From assembly GCA_031362565.1 (NCBI GenBank), contig JANLSU010000120.1, forward strand, positions 138,872 through 202,871: a stretch of 64,000 bases of DNA, written 5' to 3'. The stretch comes from a bacterium (lineage in GTDB: Bacteria; Krumholzibacteriota; Krumholzibacteriia; G020349025). A program made the translations under genes and the position numbers. The notes below the pieces were generated by a model. That model was not told the DNA's origin. It worked only from the letters and a program-made list of their open reading frames with translations, and did not search any database. Positions 47,801 through 57,094 of this stretch are shown here, piece by piece (the first letter of the stretch is position 1; every line of letters starts with the position of its first letter).

Positions 47801-49484
47801 CGACCGACTTGGTCCAACTGAGATCGAGGGCGACGCCGTTATCGGCCGGCACGTCGGTGAGCGTGCAGACCGGGCGCGGCGGCGCGTCCGGATTCAACCA
47901 AATGGGCGTCGACCAGGCGATACCGCCGTCGACCTGGATCACCTTGACGTCGTACCAGCGGTCGCCGGTGGCACCCGCGTCGGTGAAGTTGACGGTCGCG
48001 GCCGTCGACGGATCGATTTCGAAGAGCCGCGGGATGAGCGTCAGATCGTTGCTGCTGAGTAAACTGTTGTGGATCTCGATCGCCAGCGTGTGCGTACCCG
48101 GCGTCAGCATCGCCGCATACGACGTCAGGTCGAAGAGATCGAGTGCCGGGTTCATCGGCGTACCCGCAGCCGTGCCGTTGTTGGTGTAGAAGGGCGGCAC
48201 CAACGCACCAGGTACCGCCATGGCGCCCATATTCGGATTGCGGAACGGGCCGGCCGGCGTGGTCGAAGTCACGGCGCCCGCCGGCATGTTGACGCGCGCC
48301 ACCTGGACACCGTCGACGTAGGCGATGAAACCGTCGTCATAGTCGCAGCCCAAGTACAGGTACTGGGGCGCATTGTCGGTCACTGCGAACGTTTGACGGG
48401 TGTACAGCGTGAAGTACTTGTTGACCATGCCCGTGACAACGGTCACGTCGTCGTTGTTGCCGAAACCGATGCCCGAACGGCCCGCGAGCCACCCGGCGTC
48501 GCTGAAGGTGTTGGTGTTCCAATCGGCCGGCGGTTCGACCGTGCCCTTGAAGTAGCTGAGCGGCGCGCCGACTTCGACGAAGACCCGCTGCGGCGGTGGC
48601 GCATAAGTGTTGATGAGCGTGTTGCTGCGGCGGATCTCGATACGCGATAACGGCGCCGTGCCGTCGACGTGAATTTGCATTTGTGCGTCGCCCACCGGCG
48701 CGTTGTCGACATCACCCAGAATCTTGCCACCGATGCCGAAGTCGAGACCGATGCGGGCGCCGTTCGTGGCGTAGGTATGGCGCGCCCGCAGGGCGTCGAA
48801 GATCGACGAACGCGTCAACGACTGGGCCATGATTGCGGTGATACCGCCTTCAGTGCCAGGCACGGTGTGTGAGTCGCTCGAACCCAAGACACCAATGCGC
48901 TTGCCCGACGCCCACTGCTCGCGCAAACCGCGGCCATTCGTCGGGCTCGTTTCGTAGACACCCCAGCGCGACACGATTTCGGCGTTCGGCTGCAGCGGGG
49001 CGTTGTAGTACGACCAGTTCGTCAGGTACCCCGACAGCGCCGGGTGTGCGGCGTGCAACAGACCGTTTGTTGTCGCGATGAGTGCGTAGTACTCGGCCGG
49101 CGTGTCGCTCGTCACCACGTTGGGACGAAAGAGCGGCTGATCGTCGGTCAAGAAATAGACGGGCTTGTGGCCAAATGTGTCATTGTTCCACTCGTATCCC
49201 GAGAGCGGTACGAACACGCCGGGCTGGTACATGGCGGCGGACGCCGCTTTGACGTTCACCCAGCGCGTATCGGTTATTTGGCTGGCGTGCGCCGTGAGCG
49301 CCACGACGTCGAGCCCGACCGAGTCCCGGCCGAAGCTGAAATACTGGGTGGGCGTACCCAGTTGCGAGTTGTCGCCCTGCATATCGCCCCAATAGCGATT
49401 CAGGGTCTGCGCTTGGCTGCTTGCAGCGATGGCGAGCGCTGCCAGCACGAGACCGATCTGCAGGACACGAGACGTCAGCTTCAT
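44880..49484 (-). CDS. Secreted multidomain protein: PHP-like CehA/McbA (DUF3604-like) domain, two jelly-roll modules, FN3 repeats
   Basis: GGAGGA RBS, signal peptide; [32 protein letters not shown]; two 'KG..PP..W...F.D.GWLAG' modules. Confidence 0.85.
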   Translation of the reverse strand: MKLTSRVLQIGLVLAALAIAASSQAQTLNRYWGDMQGDNSQLGTPTQYFSFGRDSVGLDVVALTAHASQITDTRWVNVKAASAAMYQPGVFVPLSGYEWNNDTFGHKPVYFLTDDQPLFRPNVVTSDTPAEYYALIATTNGLLHAAHPALSGYLTNWSYYNAPLQPNAEIVSRWGVYETSPTNGRGLREQWASGKRIGVLGSSDSHTVPGTEGGITAIMAQSLTRSSIFDALRARHTYATNGARIGLDFGIGGKILGDVDNAPVGDAQMQIHVDGTAPLSRIEIRRSNTLINTYAPPPQRVFVEVGAPLSYFKGTVEPPADWNTNTFSDAGWLAGRSGIGFGNNDDVTVVTGMVNKYFTLYTRQTFAVTDNAPQYLYLGCDYDDGFIAYVDGVQVARVNMPAGAVTSTTPAGPFRNPNMGAMAVPGALVPPFYTNNGTAAGTPMNPALDLFDLTSYAAMLTPGTHTLAIEIHNSLLSSNDLTLIPRLFEIDPSTAATVNFTDAGATGDRWYDVKVIQVDGGIAWSTPIWLNPDAPPRPVCTLTDVPADNGVALDLSWTKSVATDFDHYDIFVNDAPFTNASGMTPLNLAPITNPDSLHMRLDTFNGLPLVRGKQYSVFVGAFDSSGKMNAIFAGAGTSAAAIDNIAPNPATALAVIDTPTDDGGSLRLTWTKSLDDGGGMADVSGYEIYRKKSGTSYPSTPLSVRPAGSVEYFDNTPLDGTNYFYRIRCTDGMNVSAFLEVGPVTSVNNGGLAEPKSFTAADRPADQGGWIKLTWALIGADANITRYDIYRTTTAGVYGATSFGWVPNGTNTFNDSTTADAQDYWYVVQSDSAGVKKSTFSLEVGPVRGLDNIAPAAIAALTATNTAAGGTVALAWPGYPEAAQGDVAGYDIYQRSSSFTTLGTSVPVLTVPAGAASANITGLVNGTNYWFAVVPVDEAGNRTTTVISMSARPTDAVAPAFAGLTGITPGDGTLTLSWNAAQDNTLPISYQMYQSLTPAGFNFTTPTATISGTAPIVPMGASWHFLKGTSAPPALWKDRNFDDSGWLAGEGAFGYDTGNRYQPATVLSDMNNAYTSVYFRANFNLASIPQAIQLGVLVDDGFIAYINGVEVTRDNMNNPANFNSLAASSVNPSWNAVLDLASPTNYTPNPTLRWIDLSAFTNALYVGKNTLAVQVHNYKKSNADFLFLAQLDAANVRTTVSGLSASNTYYYVMRASDGAGNKNTNSTVMSGKPLQAPPPAQVAGFTAVKSGSSVLLRWSPCTTDSMGATFIPNHYNIYRGTTVAFVPDVVAHSNLLGTTTGQSFTDTGALNAAPNYFYRVYAVSASNRESWTGSALAMKSALSLSFASGTENAYWIAIPYLSGFVDAQSLVNDLNRGPIPGPVRRITRFNATTQLTQALNYEFGAWVGDNFPIIAGEAYAITLQTNLTQALVGAHNPALGFNFQSRGTTSNIYWLGLPYSADYTDAQALLDHLNGGAAPAKVAKIIRFDAATGAPQSYLYFANGWRGQNFGIVPGQGYGIVVNANVNGWRPRAR

Positions 49485-50039
49485 GAACCTCGTCCTCCGG
49501 GTGCCTCACGGGGTCGCGTTGTGGCGCAAACCCGCTTGTCGTGGCGCATCGTGGCAAAGTCACTCGCGACCCAACGCATGGAAGCCGTTGGTGCCGCTTG
49601 CTGCGACGCAAGTGGCGTTCCGTTGGTCTGGAGGGCCGCCATCGCGCCGCCACCATCCTCCGGTATGCACCGCCAAACCTTGTGTTTACAGCGAGTTCCG
49701 GAAGCCACGCGCGCGTCTCCAGCGCCCGCGCTCGGCACCGCGTCGCGGGCCCGGCTGCGAAATCCCACGCAATTGCGCCTCGGTGGCTGCGGCGTTTGGG
49801 TCAAGGACCTTGCCGCCTGTGGGCCGGTATCGACAGACGGTGCCGCGTATCGCGCGCTGCCCGACTCCGCCTCGCAACGGTGCGACGCGTCTACCTCGGC
49901 ACATCCGGCATTGTCGTCACCGCTACGGTCCAGACTGTCGACGGCCCCCTTCTCGGGCGCCCCGGTCAACCGCTACGATCCGGCCTGCGCCCCTCGCGCA
50001 CCGCGCACCCGAAACGTGCTGCAGGCTTGGAGGCCCCCG

Positions 50040-50582
50040 TTGGAAGAGCTGATCCGCAAACTGCTGCAGGAACTAGGCGAGGATCCCGATCGCGAAGGCC
50101 TTGCGCGGACACCGCAACGGGTCACAGAGGCCATGCGCACGTTGACGCGCGGCTACAGTCAGAACGCCGAGGAAATCGTCAATGGCGCGATCTTCCATGA
50201 GAAGTACGACGAGATGGTGATCGTCAAGGATATCGACCTGTACAGCATGTGCGAGCACCATCTCCTGCCGTTCTACGGTAAGTGTCACGTCGCATACATC
50301 CCGGATGGCAAGATCATCGGTCTCTCCAAGATCCCACGCATCGTCGAGATGTTCGGCCGGCGGTTACAAGTGCAGGAGCGGCTGACGCAACAAGTCGCGA
50401 CCTGTCTCGAGCAGGTGCTCGAACCCAAGGGAGTCGCCGTGGTCACCGAGGCGTACCACCTCTGCATGGCGATGCGCGGCGTCGAGAAACAGAATGCCAA
50501 TGCCGTCACCAGTGCGATGACCGGTATCTTCCTGAAGGATTACCGCACCCGCGACGAATTCTTGGGATTGATCCGCCGATGA
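50040..50582 (+). CDS. folE: GTP cyclohydrolase I
   Basis: [49 protein letters not shown] start after GGAGG. Confidence 0.96.
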   Translation: MEELIRKLLQELGEDPDREGLARTPQRVTEAMRTLTRGYSQNAEEIVNGAIFHEKYDEMVIVKDIDLYSMCEHHLLPFYGKCHVAYIPDGKIIGLSKIPRIVEMFGRRLQVQERLTQQVATCLEQVLEPKGVAVVTEAYHLCMAMRGVEKQNANAVTSAMTGIFLKDYRTRDEFLGLIRR

Positions 50583-51334
50583 CCGCGCGCCGCACGCGTG
50601 CCGCCGGCGCTCCACGGCGCGATCCGCTACGCGGCAAGGTCGTGCTGATCACCGGAGCCGGCCGCGGGATTGGGCGAGCGCTCGCCAACGAATTCGCTGC
50701 CGCCGGCGCGACCCTCGTGCTCGCGGCGCGCACCGGGCGCGAGATCGGCACGGTGGCGCGCGCGATCGTCCGCCGTGCCGGGCACGCGATCGCGGTCCCC
50801 TGTGACGTGCGCGACGCGGCTGCCGTCAGCGAACTCGTGCGCCGCGCTCTGGCGGAATTCGGGCGCATCGACATTCTCGTCAACAACGCCGGTGCATTTC
50901 AAATCGCCTCGCTCGCCGACACCGACGAGGCTCTTTGGGATGCGATCGTCGACACAAACCTGAAAGGCACTTACCTGGTGACCCGCGCCGCGCTCGGCGC
51001 CGTGGTGCGGGCGCGCGGCCAAGTCGTCAACATGGTGTCGGTTGCAGGCCGCATGGCGTTCCCGGGCGATGCGGCCTATTGTGCCTCGAAATGGGGCGTT
51101 CTCGGCTTCACCAACGTGCTGCGTGAGGAACTTCGGCCGCTCGGTGTACGGGTCACCGCGGTCCTCCCCGGCGCCGTCGACACGCCGCTCTGGGACCACG
51201 TCCCCGGCGACTGGAACCGCACCCAGATGCTGTCACCGGCTGCGGTAGCACGTTTCGTGGTGGCTGCGTGCTCATTGCCGCCCGAATGCGCCGTCGACGA
51301 ATGCACCATCAATCCCACCGGCGGGCCGCAGTAG
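50579..51334 (+). CDS. Short-chain dehydrogenase/reductase
   Basis: [26 protein letters not shown] overlap with the folE stop. Confidence 0.92.
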   Translation: MTARRTRAAGAPRRDPLRGKVVLITGAGRGIGRALANEFAAAGATLVLAARTGREIGTVARAIVRRAGHAIAVPCDVRDAAAVSELVRRALAEFGRIDILVNNAGAFQIASLADTDEALWDAIVDTNLKGTYLVTRAALGAVVRARGQVVNMVSVAGRMAFPGDAAYCASKWGVLGFTNVLREELRPLGVRVTAVLPGAVDTPLWDHVPGDWNRTQMLSPAAVARFVVAACSLPPECAVDECTINPTGGPQ

Positions 51335-51398
51335 CGCAGTAAGCCACGCCGATCACAACAGGCCCAGCGAGTGCCGATGACGTCGGGAGAAAATGACA

Positions 51399-51590
51399 CT
51401 AGGGAGTGACTTCCGGCCACTTTGATGTGAGCTGGCGCTCCTCTAGTGTGTCCACATTGATGATCCACAATACGCCGGACTCCGGGGTATTGACGCACGC
51501 GTCGCAGCGAGAATAGACGAGATGTATTCCGTCCGGCGACCATGACGGATCACAACCGCCGTCCGAAGTGATCTGTCGTGGGACGAGCCG
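51399..51590 (-). pseudogene. Probable 3' remnant of a TolB/PD40-repeat gene
   Basis: RQITSDGGCDPSWSPDG..LVY...LWIINVDT.EERQLT with no convincing upstream body or start. Confidence 0.5.
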
Positions 51591-51779
51591 TCGGATCTCA
51601 CTTGGTTCGACCTCCGAGTACGCGGAGCATGGGCAGGTATGCCGCGGCCGGGTTTCGGGGGGACAGATCAAATCCACGGTCAAGTCATGTCCAAGGAGCC
51701 GGGGTTTGTGATCCTCCTCACCCCTTGAAGTGCGCATCGCAGACCGTTGAACTCCGATGACAATTCCGCGCTTGGAACA

Positions 51780-51807
51780 TTGACACTCGCGAAGGAAGCA
51801 TTACGTT
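51780..51807 (+). promoter_or_regulatory. Putative sigma70-type promoter
   Basis: TTGACA-N16-TACGTT upstream of the 51964-56159 gene run. Confidence 0.4.
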
Positions 51808-51963
51808 TCTGGTAGTGGTCGTACTTGACTCATGATGGGGCGTGCACTGCGTGTGTAGTGCTCAAGGAGAATGAGGGTGAGAAACACGTGTTGCGCGACT
51901 TCTCAATCCGCGACGGATGAGGACGAGTGCAGGCGTGCGCATGTGAGGAGGTTCGAGGTATCA

Positions 51964-53505
51964 ATGGCCGCGCTCAGAAAGATCGTGTTGGCAGCCGTCG
52001 GCCTATGCTGCGCTGCAACCGACGTGTTTGCTCAAAGCGGGGACGGTTTTGTAGGCGTCTTCCGCGATGCGGCGGGAACGCAAAGTTGCACTGCGGTGCC
52101 CGCGCTGACGGGCACCACCCTGTATGTCGTCGGGAAAGTCGCTGGAACAACCGCGGCCGGGATCACTGGCGCGGAGTTTCGGATTGAAGTTGGCAATCCG
52201 ATTGGGTGGTACCTGATCTACACGCCACCCGAAGGTGCCATCGCGCTTGGCGATCCCTTGTCGTCGGGCGTGAACATCGCATTTCGCACCTGTGCCGAGG
52301 CCGTTGCCGGGAACATTGGCCTTGGGACGATTAGTGTCTTTAACGTGAACGGCGTGACCACGTCTCTGCTCGTCAAGCGGCACAGCCAGCCGAGCAATCC
52401 CGAGTTTACGTGCCCTCTGTTCGTCGCCTGTGACGCGCCGTACTACTCAAAGACCTGCATGGCGACCGCGGGTATCGATTCGTGCGCGCTGGGAACGTCA
52501 AAGGCCCAACGCCTAGAGTCGACGGATCCCGCCGTATTTGTCAGTATGCTGGATGCCGCCACGCCGGGTTCCGGACCACAAGCCACGTTTCTGCCGATCG
52601 CGAGTGTCGTCGGAACGCTGCCCGTTTTTGACGCGTGGTCACCAGTCGGCACACGCATCGCCTTTTGTCGCGGAGACAGCCTGTTCGCACTCGACCCCTC
52701 GCTGCCGAGCACGCCGCCTTGGCTCGTGATGCCAAACGTCGACGCGTACACCGCGTGGTCACCAGACGGCGAGTGGATCGCCGCACTCCGTCGTTCCGCT
52801 GACGATCGGCGCGACGGGCTCTCTACAATCGTCGCAGCCCCGGTCTCGGGAGGGCCTGCGGTGACGCTGGTCAAGGCAGAGATAGACCAATTCCGTTGGG
52901 CCCCGAACGGGAACTTGTACTTCTGGGAGACGCGAACAGGGACGCGGCATGCGGTGCCCCCGCCGGAAAGCTGGCAACCGCCCTCCCAATCCGCGGCCGC
53001 GGCTCCGATGCTCGTGCCTCGCATGAGCGTCCGGGGCGGCATCGGCACGCGCATATTCAGGACCGAGCCGACGGAAGGCGAGACCGAGTTCCCCGCGCTG
53101 TCGGGCCTCGGTCCCTGCGTCGTGTTGCCGCGCGCGACCGTGCCCAACAGTGAGCTCTATCTCGTAGACGCCTACGGCGCGACGGGCGTGAAGACGCTGA
53201 TCGTTGACCTCGGCGGGAGCATCGTCGTTGATTTTGGCACCCAGACTGGTGTCGCGGGTTTTGGTGGAACATCGGTGTCGTCTGACGCCTCGTACGTCGT
53301 CGGCCAGAACGTGGTGGACGATGGAACGACCACCCTCGCCGCCACGCTATTCGTGGCAGGCGCGGACGGCAGTTGGCGCGTAACCGTGGCCGGCACGGCC
53401 AATGGATCGCATCCAGCGCTGTCCGCTAGCGAATCCTTTGTTGCTTTTGAAGACCCAACGAGTGGAGAGCTCCATGTTGGTACGTTGGCGGTGTCGTTCC
53501 CGTAA
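51964..53505 (+). CDS. Secreted protein with Cys-containing N-terminal beta-sandwich and TolB-like propeller
   Basis: GAGG before ATG 51964; signal peptide (VFA-Q); AWSPVG, AWSPDG, WAPNG repeats. Confidence 0.7.
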   Translation: MAALRKIVLAAVGLCCAATDVFAQSGDGFVGVFRDAAGTQSCTAVPALTGTTLYVVGKVAGTTAAGITGAEFRIEVGNPIGWYLIYTPPEGAIALGDPLSSGVNIAFRTCAEAVAGNIGLGTISVFNVNGVTTSLLVKRHSQPSNPEFTCPLFVACDAPYYSKTCMATAGIDSCALGTSKAQRLESTDPAVFVSMLDAATPGSGPQATFLPIASVVGTLPVFDAWSPVGTRIAFCRGDSLFALDPSLPSTPPWLVMPNVDAYTAWSPDGEWIAALRRSADDRRDGLSTIVAAPVSGGPAVTLVKAEIDQFRWAPNGNLYFWETRTGTRHAVPPPESWQPPSQSAAAAPMLVPRMSVRGGIGTRIFRTEPTEGETEFPALSGLGPCVVLPRATVPNSELYLVDAYGATGVKTLIVDLGGSIVVDFGTQTGVAGFGGTSVSSDASYVVGQNVVDDGTTTLAATLFVAGADGSWRVTVAGTANGSHPALSASESFVAFEDPTSGELHVGTLAVSFP

Positions 53506-55063
53506 CGCAGTGGTGCTCACTGCGCTCGTCTATCAGTTCGCCGACGCATCGAGCGCCGTCGCAGCCAAGATCGTCATTGATCCGGGACATGGCGGTTCGG
53601 ACAACGGTATCCAGGGCACGAGCACGTGCTACGAAAAGACCATGGATCTCTGGTCCGCATTGAAGGTGGCGGACTTATTCAACGGGTCTCCGACGTATGT
53701 TGTCTTGTTGACACGGCCCGACGACTCCCCCCGTACTGACTTTCAACGCCGAGAGTTTGCCGAGGGTCACGATGCGGAGGCGTTCGTATCTGTTCACCAC
53801 GAGAACCCCAGAATCGACGTTGGATTCAACAACTGCACGACGGCGGGGATCTACTCGACGGCGCCATTTGGGGGCATCCCCGACCGGTACCTGGCGGGCG
53901 TCCTGGCCACAGAGGTGAACGCTGAGCTACTGGGATGGTTTCCCGACTTCGGTCTAGCCCAAGCGGGGGCCGTCTTGAATGCGTCATATCTGGATTGCCC
54001 GGGGTGCTATACCCCGGAACTGCCCGAACAAGTTCCCGTTCGCGCGCGAATCAGCGCGTTTGGCGCTGGTTGTCCGGACGGTTGGGCCTCATGTCAATTC
54101 GGAAACCTTATTACGCTGGCGGAGGCCAACGGAATTGTCAATGGCTTGGCACTGTATTTCTACAATCCAGCCCCGAATCGCGGGTTTGCCGTAATCGGTG
54201 ACGTGACCTATTACGTGTCGTTTGAGTGGTTCGAGTGGAGTGGGGGAATCGTAACCTATTCGCTCGAGCGAAGTGACAACTGTTGGGGACCCTTCGAGCA
54301 CATCAAGGATGTCACTACGGAGCCGAATCGCGTCTACTATCGAGATGTCGACGACACCGTCAGTTACGCACGTGGGGCCGAGGCGCCATACTACTACCGC
54401 CTGATTCGAACCAATCAGATTTACACGGTGACGGCCACGACGTCTAACTTGCCACCTCCTCCCAGTCCCCCAAGCGCGCCGTCCAATCTCGTTTGTGTGT
54501 GGAATGGCAACGGGTACAAGCTGAGCTGGACGCCATCGCAGGGGAACGTAACCGGGTATCGGATCATTCGCGGGGCAGGGGCTGGTCCCAGCGGCCACTT
54601 GACCGACTGCTCGAAAACGCACACCTTTGTCGGGACCACTCCATCTACCACCTACGTTGATGGTGCAGCGAGTGCCGGTGGATACTACCGGGTGATGGCG
54701 TACAATGCCGGTGGAAACTCGGCCGTTTCGAACGAGGCCTACGGTGACTATCCGACGGATAGCCCGATCGAGTCCGAACCACCGAGCGTGGATCGCTCGG
54801 CCGGTGCGCGCCTGTTCGTCGATTCGAATGGCGGTGGCTTCGCGTTCTACGTACCTGCCGTGGATCGGGCGACGATCGCCGTGTACGACGTGCGCGGCCG
54901 TCTGGTCGCGACAGCGTTTTCGGGCGCCGTCGTGGCTGGGACGACCCATGTGGCCTGGGCGAATCGCGCGGGAAGGACGCGCGTCCCATCGGGCGTCTAC
55001 ATTGCCCGCCTCTATACCAATTCGCAGCCGCCTGTTACGAAGAAATTCGTGATGGTGCGCTGA
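53474..55063 (+). CDS. N-acetylmuramoyl-L-alanine amidase-like (Amidase_3) protein with FN3 and FlgD-like tail; start 53474 or 53510
   Basis: IVIDPGHGG.D.G, EK, LTR, FVSVH; P.APSNL FN3; VYDVRGRLV...SGVYIARL...KKFVMVR. Confidence 0.75.
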   Translation: MLVRWRCRSRNAVVLTALVYQFADASSAVAAKIVIDPGHGGSDNGIQGTSTCYEKTMDLWSALKVADLFNGSPTYVVLLTRPDDSPRTDFQRREFAEGHDAEAFVSVHHENPRIDVGFNNCTTAGIYSTAPFGGIPDRYLAGVLATEVNAELLGWFPDFGLAQAGAVLNASYLDCPGCYTPELPEQVPVRARISAFGAGCPDGWASCQFGNLITLAEANGIVNGLALYFYNPAPNRGFAVIGDVTYYVSFEWFEWSGGIVTYSLERSDNCWGPFEHIKDVTTEPNRVYYRDVDDTVSYARGAEAPYYYRLIRTNQIYTVTATTSNLPPPPSPPSAPSNLVCVWNGNGYKLSWTPSQGNVTGYRIIRGAGAGPSGHLTDCSKTHTFVGTTPSTTYVDGAASAGGYYRVMAYNAGGNSAVSNEAYGDYPTDSPIESEPPSVDRSAGARLFVDSNGGGFAFYVPAVDRATIAVYDVRGRLVATAFSGAVVAGTTHVAWANRAGRTRVPSGVYIARLYTNSQPPVTKKFVMVR

Positions 55064-55079
55064 GGCCGCGGAGTGCGAC

Positions 55080-56159
55080 ATGCGAGTTCGACGGCTCTTG
55101 ACTCGTGGGGCGATCGGCGTGGTTCTGACGGCCCGATGCGGTGGGGATGATCCTGTCGTCCCGATCATTCCGCAGCCGCAGGTGTCGTTCGTGCGACAGG
55201 CAACGCTCCGAGGGAAATTCGCGACTAGCAATGATGAAGGGGCATGGTCTCCTAGTGGGAGGCGATTCGCATACCAGCGATGGAACGGTGTGAACTATGA
55301 CCTGCTTGTCTACGACGCGACGCAAGCGAGTAGCCTGCCGATCAAGATCTATGCCGGTGATTTGTCGCGTGTGATCACTTGGTCGCCCGCTTCCGACTGG
55401 GTGCTGTGCATGTCGCAGGCGCCAGCGGACTACACGACCGAATTGTATTCGCTGGTTGCGTTTCCCGTGCAGACGGGCGCGATGCCGCGGGTCGTTTTGG
55501 CGCGGACTGAGGTGAATTGGGGAGTCTGGGGGGCGAACGGTCGGATCTACTGGTGGGACATTCAAGACGTGCAGCGGCGTAGTCTTGCACCCCCCGTTGA
55601 ATGGGCGAGCTCGAATCCTGGACCGTTCCCCGACCGGACCGACCTGGTCTTCCTGGTGGACCGCCAGGCTCCCCCGATTCTCCGAGGCCGGCATCACTGG
55701 TTTCAGAACTCGCCGGAGGCAGAAGGCACATTCGACTACCAGAACCCAGGTCAATTAGGACCGATTCTAATTGCCACCAACGTGTTTGCGGACGGCCAGC
55801 GCTTTGTCGTCTTTCTGCCGATGTATGATTGTCCAGAAAACGCCATTGTCGATCGTGAAGGTCGCGTACTCACTCGGTTCTTTCCCTGCGAGGACCCCCC
55901 GTTTCTTCCGTGGGCGGCGACTGCGGATGGCCGCTACGTCATTGGGCTCTGCGAGCGCGACGACAGTAGCGGGGATCTGTTGAGTGTCACGCTATATGCC
56001 GCCAATGTCGAGGCCACCTGACGTGTACCGATCGAACACGCCCCACAAGGCGGATCCGTCGCAACTTCGCGGACGGGATACAGTCTCGCCTACGAGAACG
56101 TAGCCGGGGACTCCATATACGTCGGAGATCTCGTGATTTCGGATCCGAACCGCCACTGA
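55080..56159 (+). pseudogene. TolB-like propeller lipoprotein interrupted by an in-frame TGA at 56019-56021
   Basis: WSPSG and WSPAS repeats; the frame continues 45 codons past the TGA and still aligns with the C-terminus of the 51964-53505 paralogue. Confidence 0.65.
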
Positions 56160-56281
56160 GACGGCCCGGCCTAGGGGGCAAGTCCAACGTGGTCTTCCCC
56201 CGGTTTGACTCGCGGATTCCCGCGCCGCACAATAGCACCCGCAGGTAGTGCTTCTACCCTCCATTCCGCCGAATCTAGCAT

Positions 56282-57094
56282 CTAGCGGTCCAGCACAATG
56301 ACCGTCATGCGGCAGAGACGCCCGAGCGGTGGGCAGAGCGCGAGAAGCGTGCGGTCGATGCCGTTCAAAACGTTGAAGGCCGGCCGGTAGCGCTCGGCTT
56401 CGACGATGATTTTCTTCCAGTAACGCTCTTCATTGGGGTCGGCGCGATCGACCCAGTAGAACCACAAAAAAATCGCCAAGGTCGTCATCTGAAACTCGCG
56501 ATGCCGCAACGCCACGAAGCCACGCCCCAGGCGCTCGAAGTCGGCGAAGCGCAGCGGCACCTCGTCCGGCGTGCGCGTTTCCGGCGACTTGTCGCGAAAC
56601 AGGTTGATGACCGGGTTGTGGCCGAGCGGTTCCACGAAGACGGCGCGCGAACCGGGGACGAGCACGCGGCGGATTTCGTCGCGGCCGCGCTCGAGATCGA
56701 GGTGGTGCAACACGTCGTGTCCGAATGCGACGTCGAAGCTGCCATCGGTGAAGGGCAGTTGTTCACCCGGCGCGACGTGAAATGTGACGCGATCGGCGAC
56801 GCCCAACCGTTCGCACAGCTGCCGCGCCACTTCCACCATGCGGGGCGAGATGTCGACCGCGGCGACGCGGGCTCCCTGCAGCGCGAGCCACGCCGTCGTT
56901 TCGCCGTAACCACACCCGAGATCCAGGGCGCGCTTGCCCTGCAGGTGGCCGAGCGCGCGGAGCGCATAGGTCGTCTCGGGGGTCGTGGGACACGCCGCCA
57001 GGCGGCGCGGATCGAGTTCCGTGGCATCGACTTCGCCGGCCCACCGGTCGTGAAACTCGCGTTCCCGGCGCTGCCGGTCCACCAAGTCGCTCAA
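56282..57094 (-). CDS. Class I SAM-dependent methyltransferase
   Basis: LDLGCGYG, VDIS, LPF.DGSFD, VLHHL, EPLGHNP; TTG start overlaps the upstream TGA. Confidence 0.88.
   Translation of the reverse strand: MSDLVDRQRREREFHDRWAGEVDATELDPRRLAACPTTPETTYALRALGHLQGKRALDLGCGYGETTAWLALQGARVAAVDISPRMVEVARQLCERLGVADRVTFHVAPGEQLPFTDGSFDVAFGHDVLHHLDLERGRDEIRRVLVPGSRAVFVEPLGHNPVINLFRDKSPETRTPDEVPLRFADFERLGRGFVALRHREFQMTTLAIFLWFYWVDRADPNEERYWKKIIVEAERYRPAFNVLNGIDRTLLALCPPLGRLCRMTVIVLDR

Noticed and set aside
37501..48650. Long plus-strand ORFs such as 37501-39408, 40663-43146 and 45069-46115
   Set aside because: These are antisense shadows of high-GC coding genes, Arg-rich and without motifs.
49044..50039. 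N-terminal 330-aa extension of the folE ORF as a fusion
   Set aside because: It overlaps the opposite-strand gene and has no domain signal; a GGAGG RBS and TTG at 50040 give a normal-sized FolE.
56019..56021. Selenocysteine or genetic code 4/25 reassignment of TGA
   Set aside because: The aligned residue is Trp, not Cys, and many genes here end in TGA at family-typical positions.
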